From positions 24,701-88,700 of the forward strand of contig JBJCIZ010000009.1 of the NCBI GenBank assembly GCA_051294375.1: DNA of 64,000 bases. Reading direction: 5' to 3'. The stretch comes from Paraspadella gotoi (lineage: Eukaryota > Animalia > Chaetognatha). Below, one piece after another: positions 1-9,402 of the stretch. Within the stretch, counting starts at the first letter, position 1; every line of letters starts with the position of its first letter. Under the pieces are notes generated by a model. The model did not search any database, was not told the origin of the DNA, and worked only from the letters and a program-made list of their open reading frames with translations. The position numbers and the translations under genes were made by a program.

Positions 1-243
1 TGACAAAATAGAAAAAAATATGAAAAAAAGTGTACAAATTTTTTTACTGTATGTTTTCGAAATTATGGTACTGTCACAAAATGGTTTAAAAAACGCATTT
101 TTAATACATAATTCTGTTAGAGCAGACCAAGCCCTTACCTCTACATATTTTTTGCGACAATTTTGAATCAGGGCTTGTTCATAATCAATTAATATATCAG
201 AAAATTGGACTGACAAACAGATTTTTACTTTATCAAATATTTT

Positions 244-1010
244 ACTTTTTTGCACTGATGTCTTTGTTATGAGAAAAAAAACGAAAATGAAGGGTGAGTA
301 GTGGTAAATCTATGTTGTTGTGATCACTCATGATAAATTTGAATAAAAAATATGCACAACTTGATGATAGGACATTTTTCTTTAATAAAAAAATTGAATT
401 TTCCAGTTTTTCGAAAGTATTATTTTTTGCTTCCATAATTTATAATTAAAGAAAACGCGTAAACATTTTGCATTTCTAAAAACATCAGATTGGAGGTAAT
501 CAATTTGCGCAAAATCTGATGTTTTTTATTTTTTGATATTTTCATTTTTGATGCAAAAACATAATTATGAATGAGCCTTGGTCAAAATCAATTTTTTTAT
601 CATTTTTTCATATAAGCCTGACTTTTTTGCCCTGATGTCTTTTCTACAAAAAAGACCCATGGATTTGGAGGGTAGTAGCCATAATATTATAATTTTATGA
701 TAATCCCATGATTAATTTGGAATAAAATATGTACAACTTTGAAGACAGGCATTTTATTTATTAAAATAATTGATTTTTTTAGTTGAAAAAAAAACAGAAT
801 TTTTTTGTTCATATTAAGAATTCAGAAAACGAGCAAACATTTTGTATTTTAAAAACATCAGAATTGGGAATAATTATTTTGGCCAAATCTGAGTTTTTCA
901 TTTTTTTAAATTTTCATTTTTATGCAAAAATATAATTATCATGATCATTGGTCAAACCAATTTTTTAAATCTTTTTCTTATACAAGACTGACTTTCTTTA
1001 AACTGATGTC
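244..1010. repeat. Degenerate AT-rich tandem duplication, period about 375 bp
   Basis: Anchor motif acttt(n)ctgatgtcttt recurs at about 244, 620 and 990. aaaacatcaga recurs at about 479 and 852, and the tgcaaaaa/ggtcaaa blocks recur in the same order. Confidence 0.7.
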
Positions 1011-1018
1011 TTTTCATT

Positions 1019-1340
1019 AAACAAGTTTGAGCAAACAATGTCGGATCTGCCTATGATAATTAAGTGGCCATAATTTGGTCAACTGGCATAATTTGGTCAA
1101 CTACATAATTTGTCAGCTGGCTAATTTGGTCAACTGACAAAATTAGTCAACTGACATAATTTTGGTCAAATGAAATAATTTAGTCAACTGACTTAATTTG
1201 TTTAAACTGACATAATTTGGTTAACTGACATAATTGGTTAACTGACTAATTCAACTCGACAGATAATTTGTCAACTGACATAATTGTCAACTGCCATCTC
1301 TCTCGGAGACAGATCCGACATTGTTTGCTCAAACTTGTTT
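1019..1340. mobile_element. Non-autonomous element with 31-bp perfect terminal inverted repeats and an internal ~18-bp minisatellite
   Basis: aaacaagtttgagcaaacaatgtcggatctg (1019-1049) is the reverse complement of 1310-1340. The interior is tandem cataatttggtcaactg[a/g]. No clear TSD. Confidence 0.85.
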
Positions 1341-1740
1341 TTTAAATCTTAAGTGGGTTAAAATCTTTAGAAGACCCAGTGATAAAAATTATTTCATAAG
1401 CTTAAGGTTCTGTCATTAAAGGAATTTGAATGGTGATAGTCGTTTACTTTTTAATGTACAAAGATGAAATTTTAGGTTTAAGAAATGGAAATACTAAATG
1501 ACCCAATGCGGTTAAAGTGGTCAAATGATCGTAAAAGGTCAATTGAACGAGTTATTAAACGAGGGGAGAGAGAGTGAAAAAGAGAAAGGAGGCAACAGAT
1601 TTCACATCTCCGCCTCAATATTGCAAATATTTACTAAGTAAAAAAGTATGATGCCGAGTTTACATTGCAGTCTCGAAATCAATATGATACAAAAATAATT
1701 TTAATATTAAACTCCCTGCTGCCAAAACAATAGACGTCGT

Positions 1741-2628
1741 TTATTTTTGATTGAGTGCAGGCAGATCTGGAGAAGCGTTGGCCGCTGCCTCCGCCGCCGT
1801 ATTTGATGCTGCCACTGCCGACGTTATTGTCTTTACAAATCGCTGCAATTCATGTAGCGTAGAATTGTGCATCCCGTCACAAACAAGACAGCGACGGTCA
1901 GACCGACACTACCGAGCCTAATGTCAGGGAGAAAAACAACGAAAACACAATTGCTTTTCCGAGATAAATTTCCTTTTGAAGTCAACGTCCTTAGTTCGAA
2001 ATTTGCTGCAACGAGAGAGCAAATGATTTTCCTTGCAGAAGAAACAAGTGGCCACTCCTTTAGGCAATGTTGAACTTGTAGAAGTTTGCCTTGTCATCTT
2101 AATGGGCGCAAATCCAGACATTACATGTGGAGACAACCCCGGAGATGGCAAGCGGATCGTCGTTGATTTTGATCTATGCCAAGGAAATTTTCGGTTTTTG
2201 TTCGAAGAAGAAACAGCAATTTTGCCTCCGCCGTTGGATAAAGGTGGAGACAAGAAGGTTGTGTTTTCTTCTCTGCTTCGGAATGAAGTTGAAGATAATG
2301 TGGAAGAGATTTCTCCTCCGCCATTTGATGATGTTGGAGACCAAGGGATCGCGCTTTCTCCTCCGTCGTTTAGGAGTGAAGTAACGCGGGCTTGCTCATT
2401 CATTAATTGTTCTTAGGTAGCGCGAAGCTCCAGTTTTATCGCGCTTAACTCTTCATCTTTGGCTTTTAAAATTTCCGAGATCGACGCATCAACAATTTTT
2501 TTCAATGTATTTTCGTCGACGCCTCTCGAAGCTTGAATTTTTGTTTCTAAAGAAGCGAGTTGATCGATGATAGCCTTTTTGAGTTTATCTTCGATCCAAA
2601 TCATCATAGCATTGAAGTCGGCTTCCAT
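1741..2628 (-). pseudogene. Decayed gag-like ORF: N-terminal coiled coil plus BEL/Pao-type triple zinc knuckle
   Basis: One frame runs from ATG 2628 (MEADFNAMMIWIEDKL) to TAA 1741 with four in-frame stops. It contains CFFCKENHLLSRC...LCFRCFSP*H*AR*CRSDRRCLVCDGMHNSTLH, the Pao Gag Cys/His pattern. Confidence 0.8.
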
Positions 2629-3176
2629 CCCCCGAAATTCTTCAAGGTAGAACCAAATTCCGAAACTCGATCCCAAACCTTTTTTCATAATATTTTTATA
2701 TTTTTGGATAGAGAATGACTGGAATAATGTAAATCTTAAGTTACGTCTAAATTGGCCCATGGGTTTTGAAGAAATCGACCAAAAACAACCAAAATTCCTC
2801 TCCCTTTTTTCAACATTCACGCCTTTTAAGATTTTCGTCGATCCTGACTGCCTCTTACAAACTTATAATTCCGCTAGTTAATATTTTTTTCTTAAACAAG
2901 CAAAAGGAATCCACAACTTTCTAATCTTTTATAATTCTAGGTAAAAAAACTATAATACATTACATTAACATTAGGATATTGTGGAAAGTGTAATGTCTTG
3001 TGAAGCCTGTGAAAGTAAGTAATTAAAAAATTCGCCAATTTTATTATTGAAAACTAACATTAAAGTGAAGAAGTTGAACATCTTCAGGCTCCTTTCAGTA
3101 AAAGTCCCTGTTCTTTAAAATATTAAATGAATAGATTAATTTTTATATTGGTTGTACCAATTTCATAACATACTGT

Positions 3177-3914
3177 TATGTCAAACAGCCGGGTTGCCTG
3201 TGATGCCCATTGCGGATGGGGCATCTCACTGTTGGCTTTGGGCTTCCGACCCTCAGTGACGCCTCAGTCACTGGCGCGGTTACCCTTGCACAGATCTCGC
3301 TTTGCCCACGCAGAGGGAAGTCGTTAGGACTGTGGATGGAACACTACGCCTGGGATGGTGTGTTCCCCCTCTGAGCCAATGATTTGGCTGAAGGATGGTG
3401 GACGTGAGGCGGTGTGAATATACCGCCATAGATCCCCAGGCCAAGACATCACTCAGGTTCCTCAAGCCTGAGAGGTGTCTGACAAGACTGTTACCATAGT
3501 GGGAGAGAGAGAGAGAGCGAGTTGTGGGGGGCATAGGCGATTGTCGTAGCGTACCCCAGAGGCATAGGCGTTTTGTCATAGCGTACCCGAAGTTGGCAGG
3601 GCATAGGCGTTTGTTGAGCGTACCTGAGAAGGTTGCGTGTTCGATAGTAGGGCTCACCACTTATGGCAACAGCCGGCTGCCTGTAATGCCCATTGAGATG
3701 GGGCATCTCAATGTTGACTTTGGGGGCTTCCGACCCTCAGTGACACCTCCAGTCACTGGCGCGGTTACCCTAGGATGGTCTCGCTTTGCCAACGCAGAGG
3801 GAAGTCGTTAGACTGTGGATGAAACACTACGCCTGGGATGGTGTGTTCCCCCTCTTGAGCAATGGATTTGGCTGAAGGATGGTGGACGTGAGGCGGTGTA
3901 AATATACCGCCACA
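3177..3914 (-). mobile_element. TRIM-like miniature LTR retroelement (LTRs 3177-3430 and 3662-3914; 231-bp internal region)
   Basis: Two ~254-bp direct repeats with tgtggc/gccata-type terminal IRs. A PBS-like TGGTGAGCCC lies 2 nt inside the 5' LTR (minus strand, from 3659) and a short GGGGA tract abuts the 3' LTR. Flanks are ctgt/atgt (4-bp TSD, one mismatch). Absent from the paralogous site near 51880. Confidence 0.85.
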
Positions 3915-4001
3915 ATGTTTACTTTTGCTAGTGGAAAAGAAAGATAAATACTTAGACTGTGATGGGATGAATAATATTTTGTAGAATTTTGTAAGCATGC
4001 T

Positions 4002-4323
4002 TGCAACGAAGGAAGTAGGCGTGGTTTATTAAGGGAGAAATAGGAGGAGTTTTATTGACATAAGAACTCGTTGGGATGATGATAATTAACATACAAAATA
4101 TGTAGATTATGCAGAGAAAAGGCAGGCAATAAACAATATAACAAATAGTCCATAAGGAGTTTGATGTTTGTTTCTTGAAGGTAAGTTGAAGAGTGATCAG
4201 TTCCCTCTCTCGTTTCTTTGCCGTCGGTTTCCTGAGGGAAGCCTCCTCTCTGATGGTCAATCAGAAGAAAAGACGAAGAAGCCAAGAGAGGCAAGCCACT
4301 TGATAATCCATTCTCTGCGTTGC
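4002..4323 (-). mobile_element. Probable solo LTR of a second family
   Basis: A ~320-bp insertion relative to the paralogue (agcatgcttgtaaaatcagac at about 51961). Termini are tgcaacg...cgttgc, with duplicated tgct and a minus-strand AATAAA near 4023-4028. Confidence 0.6.
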
Positions 4324-5514
4324 TTGTAAAATCAGACAAGCAATTATTTAAGTGATCAAAAATTTACATTTTCTTTATCCAAATACAATTTAACCTTTTT
4401 TCTTTTAGAATCATTACAAAGAATTAAATTTTCATTTATTCTTATGGGGTGTCATTAGTTTTAAAATTATTTATAATTTTGACATCCCTTTATCTTTATT
4501 CCTTCAAAAGCTATTAGGAAAAATAAGTTTTTTCTCTCAACCTTCCTTTTAATTTCTTTTAAAATAAAAATTTCGCGATGAAAACTGGACCAATTCACTT
4601 TACCATGTTGGTTTAATATGAAAAAATTGGTCAATAATAAAAAGAAAAATAGAACGAGCTCTAGGGACACAAGGCTTTTGGAATCTCATAATTTGAAGTG
4701 TCATTTATAATGCTAATATACCATAATCTCGTTAATAATTTTAAATAAGTGAAATTTCTATAGTAAAAATGAGGTATGAAAATTCTCCGGAGACGAGTAG
4801 TCCATTTCCCCTTGCTTGTTTGATAGTAAACTCTTTATCAAATGCCACAAGAAAAAAGGAATGAGCTCTTGAGATGCAAAGCTGTCAGAATCGTGTGTTT
4901 TTACAACTGTTTTCTACCGGAATTTTTTGCAGGCTCGTTTGTAAAGTTGGGCAGTCAGATTCGAACGGAAATCTCTATTAGAAAAATGTTGAATTTTTTT
5001 TAAGCAAGATTTTCGCCTATTCAAGGACTTTTTCCTGAAATATTTCGTTCGGGAAAGAGACGGAGTTTTCTTTGCTTATCAGCAGATTCCGACTCTATAA
5101 TCCACTCTGTCGGCCAGTCGTTCCCACTCCAAAAGGTTGTCGGGCACTCACTTAAATCATGTCAGAACATCGAATTATGATAAATTAAGCAAAAAAACTA
5201 CGTCCGTCCGTCCCCCCTTAGCATTAAACCCAAATTGTGATTGAGCTTTATATAAAATTTCGATGGAATTGTGTGAGTGGAAATAAGTTTAAATTGAAAA
5301 AACAAAAGTCATATTTACTTGAAGTGTTTTTACTTATATCTACTTATAAAAATTTGATAGATAAATTGAAATGAAATTTTGTGTGTGATTAAGCTGGATA
5401 TAAATTTTGATGGAATCGTCCAAGTAGAAACGAGTTTAAATTAGAAAACCAAAAGAAAAATTTATTTGAATTTTTAAAAGTTTCTCTCCATCTCTCTCTG
5501 ATTAATTGATTGAT

Positions 5515-5572
5515 TGACCAAATTATGCCAGTTGACCAAATTATTCAAGTGACCAAATTATGCCAGTTGAAA
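5515..5572 (-). repeat. Short reversed copy of the 18-bp minisatellite seen at 1060-1290
   Basis: ttgaccaaattatgccag occurs three times and is the reverse complement of ctggcataatttggtcaa. Confidence 0.75.
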
Positions 5573-5661
5573 TTCTATTTTTAAAGTGGTCAAAAATGAG
5601 AAAAATGTTAGAGCGTTCAAATATAACAAAATATAAGATATTTAATTTCATTCATTATTGT

Positions 5662-7561
5662 TTTTATGAATTGAAGAGTTTCGAAATTAAACATTAAATA
5701 AATAAAACATGAGGTTGATTGAAATCCCCATCTTACAAAATTATTTTTAGATCTTGGGCCTTGATTTATCTCTTGAGCTGGACTTCCCAGTGACTCAGTC
5801 CTGAGCCGAAGTCCTTGCCCAGGCGATCAAGTCTGCCCTTATGGGCGATGATAATAATATGTATGCTCTCTGTATGAGGGTCAGAGGACGATCCCAATTT
5901 GTCCGCCTTTCCTCAAGGCAGTGACCGCCAGCACGCGCCTCTATGTTAGAGCGTTCAAATATTAACAAAATATAAGATATTAAATCCATTCATAAAATTA
6001 TTTACTGTAAAGGTCTGAAGAATTCGATAGTGATGACCATTTTTTTGTTATAATTTCATCTTTCTTGTCGGAAATGACGATTTGTTAATGTATAATAAAA
6101 GCTCTAATAAAATAGGGCAAACATTATAAGTTATGATAAATCAAATATTAAAATATTTTTTAAAATTTATATGAGCTTATTTAAATATAAAAAATAAAGA
6201 CCTAGAAAAATATTTTGGTAAATTTCCTTTTTCAAATTTATGTTTTATTTAAAAGTTAGCTATATTATTAATAATTATGAATAAAAAATAAATAAATTTT
6301 AAAAAATTATCCCGGATTCGCATTCCCTGCCAAAAAGTTGATATAAGAAAATATAATTTTTAAATTATGTCATTAAGTTAGTCAAAATTTAGAAAAACTA
6401 TAATTTTAAGCCAAAAATGATAAAATTAAACAAAAATTATAATTTTTAACATTTTTAACCAACCTTAATGAAAGAATTTGTTTAAAATGGATTTACTTTC
6501 TTGTATCAAACTTTTTGCAAGGAATTCAAATCCGGTTTTAAATTTTTTAAATATTTATTTTTCACTTTAGCCATTTTTAACTACTAATTATTAATAAATA
6601 TAGCTAACAGGCATGTTAATAAAATATAAAATTGTAAATAAACTTACCAAAATACTTTTATGGCGTCTTTATTTTCATATTATATAAGCGTAAATATAAC
6701 TTTTATAAAATTTTAATAATTTTAGTTTCTCATACTTTACAATTAGTTGCGCAATTTTAATAGCACTCTTATATGCTTCAAAAATCGCCACTGTAACAGA
6801 AAGATTGAAACTATACCAAAAAATGGTTATCATCATTGGAATTTTTCAGACCTCTATTACATTTGTAANNNNNNNNNNNNNNNNNNNNNNNNNCTTTTTG
6901 CAAGGAATGCGAATCCGGGATAATTTTTTAAAATTTATTATTTTTTATTCATAATTATTAATAAATATAGCTAACTTTTAATAAAACATAAAATTGAAAA
7001 AGAAATTTACCAAAATATTTTTCTAGGTCTTTATTTTTATATTTTAAAAGCTCATATAAATTTTAAAAAAATTTAATAATTTGATTTATCATAACTTATA
7101 ATGTTTGCCCTATTTTATTAGAATTTTATATACATTAAAAAATCGTCATTTCCGACAAGAAAGATGAAATTATACAAAAAAATGGTCATCACTATCGAAT
7201 TCTTCAGACCTTATTACAGTAAAATAATTATGAATGGAATTTAATATCTTATATTTTGTTATATTTGAACGCTCTAACATAGAGGCGCGTGCATGGCGGT
7301 CACTGCCTTGAGGAAAGGCGGACAAATTGGGATCGTCCTCTGACCCTCATACAGAGAGCATACATATTATTATCATCGCCCATAAGGGCAGACTTGATCG
7401 CCTGGGCAAGGACTTCGGCTCAGGACTGAGTCACTGGGAAGTCCAGCTCAAGAGATAAATCAAGGCCCAAGATCTAAAATAATTTTGTAAGATGGGGATT
7501 TCAATCAACCTCCTGTTTTATTTATTTAAATGTTTAATTTCGAAACTCTTCAATTCATAAA
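5662..7561. repeat. Near-identical ~670-bp inverted duplication (arms 5662-6337 and 6894-7561) across an assembly gap
   Basis: 6894-7561 is the reverse complement of 5662-6337 with few small differences. An N-run lies at 6869-6893. Confidence 0.9.
6006..6861. mobile_element. MITE / foldback-like non-autonomous DNA transposon
   Basis: Termini tgtaa-aggtctgaagaattcgatagtgatgaccatttttt and aaaaatggttatcatcattggaatttttcagacctctattaca. Imperfect inverted symmetry continues inward (ccggattcgcattcc vs ggaattcaaatccgg). Confidence 0.75.
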
Positions 7562-8657
7562 ATGATGATTTTTTTATTTAATAGAACCGTTTCAAAGATC
7601 AAGGTCAAAAAATGTAATATGTTTTGCACAAGGTAGTGAATCAAAACTTAAGATAGTATTTACCATCAGATTTCATAGGCAAAGAGTAACTTAATGTCTT
7701 TTTATAATACACTAAAATAATCACTGATGTTTTTTGTTTTTGATATAGGTTTTATTTTTCTCATGCTCTTACAGTACGCAGCGCTACTAAAAAGAATGCA
7801 ACATTGGTCGAATTTGCTCTGCGCTGGTTGAGAGCTTAAAACCACTACTAAATATGTTAATATTCTCTAGCTGTATGAGAAGTATAAGTAGAAGTATAAG
7901 AAGGCTATTAAGGATAGGAATAGCTACTATTCTAAGTAGGTAAACCATGCGCTCAAGCCCGAGTCGATTAGGGCCATTTAAAAGGATGCTACAGTTAACA
8001 ATTGTAGCATACCCAAAACCAACAATATGCATGCTAGTAGCTCATTTCTATGCTAAAAGGAAAATTGTAAAGAAAGCAAATTAAGAACTTCATTGAGAAA
8101 TATTTACAGGACATCTTATCTTTACTATCCTACAGCCATTTAACTGCCGCAGTTTAACAAGACCTATTTAACCTTAATTAATAAAAGAAATTTTAGGATG
8201 CTCTAAAAATTTCGGTTTTTTCTTAAGTTCACACTGTATAAGCCACTCAGGTGGAGTGCTATCTCTGTGAGCTTATGAAATCAATAACTGTAGTTGGGAC
8301 TCTCTGTGTAAAATATCAAGTAGATTGCTTAATGCAATCCACTGCAGCACTGAAAGAAAAGTACTTCCTTATATTTTTGCTACTGGGCAAAAATCCGTTG
8401 CTGCAGTCTACTATACTGTTCTGAGATTCCATTCTTGACATGTATAAAGAGCCAATACTCTTGGGGTTATTATGCATGGCTTTAATGAAGGGCATTGTTG
8501 TATACAGCTGAAAAAAATAAAGATTTCAGATGCAGCAACATTTTAATTTTTGACTGAATGATTTACAGGCTTGATAATAATCACATCTAATTTTCCTAAA
8601 CTGTTCTAAGTAAGGCGTTTTAAAGGGGGGGACCCATATGACTTTCAACCAAAATAT

Positions 8658-8919
8658 TGTGGCGGTATATACTATATTCACACCGCCTCACGTCCACGAT
8701 CCTTCAGCCAAATCCATTGGCTCAGAGGGGGAACACACCATCCCAGGCGTAGTGTTCCATCCACAGTCCTAACGACTTCCCTCTGCGTTGGCAAAGCGAG
8801 ACCGTCCTAGGGTAACCGCGCCAGTGACTGGAGGTGTCACTGAGGGACGGAAGCCCGCAAAGCCAACAGTGAGATGCCCCATCCCAATGGGCATCACAGG
8901 CAACCTGGCTGTTGCCATA
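8658..8919 (+). mobile_element. Solo LTR of the TRIM-like family at 3177-3914
   Basis: Reverse complement of the 3177-3430 and 3662-3914 repeats. Starts tgtggc, ends gccata, with a perfect 4-bp TSD atat (8654-8657 and 8920-8923). Confidence 0.9.
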
Positions 8920-9402
8920 ATATCAATGTCGCAGGGTAAACCGTTTCCGAGCTGTGGCTCAATCTTTTAGAAGCTTTTATGAAGAGCAGCTGTGATTCTT
9001 TTAGGTGCTGTGGCAGGATTGGTTTTTGCAGCAGTGCTTTTCGCAATTCTTTAATAGTTGGAACAAGATCTGGTTAAGTATCTTCAATTAAATTTTTTTC
9101 ATCACAAAATAAAAAAAAGATAAAGTGATATTGATTTTTGAATTTTTGAATCACTACCCTGTATATTGGTTAAACTAAAGTTTTGAAGTACTTTAAATTT
9201 TAGGTTAAAATGTAAAAATAACTAATTAGAAGGTGTTGATATCTTTTTTACTTTAATAATAATAATAATGAAATGGATAACAGGGAAGGTGTGATGGTCC
9301 AACTTTTATCTCAAAATTAAAAAAATATGGTATTTTTATATTAATATGGTAATATGTGAATAATATGGTAATATGTTAAAAAATTACAATGATATACTTT
9401 AC

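Larger units (their letters stand above)
2680..5019 (+). mobile_element. Copy 1 of interspersed non-coding element B (paralogue of 51405-52791), interrupted by two LTR-type insertions
   Basis: Collinear similarity to 51440-52791, for example cttataattccgctagttaa, agaattaaattttcatttattcttatggggtgtcattag and ctctattagaaaaa. Ends ...cgccta. Confidence 0.8.

Noticed and set aside
1741-2628. In-frame TAA/TAG at plausible Gln positions suggesting a TAR=Gln genetic code
   Set aside because: A TGA is also present, and the intact 786-codon ORF has no in-frame TAA/TAG. C-to-T decay explains the stops.
3528-3626. Repeat-variable-repeat pattern as a mini-CRISPR
   Set aside because: Only three units with 7-10 nt variable parts, inside an LTR element.
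7787-8510. Further downstream exons of the Cys-rich gene
   Set aside because: An acceptor-like site exists near 8508, but the frames examined close quickly and I could not build a supported model.
8800-8852. ccgtcctag...gagggacgg resembling a twister ribozyme P1
   Set aside because: Lacks the conserved twister L4/pseudoknot nucleotides.
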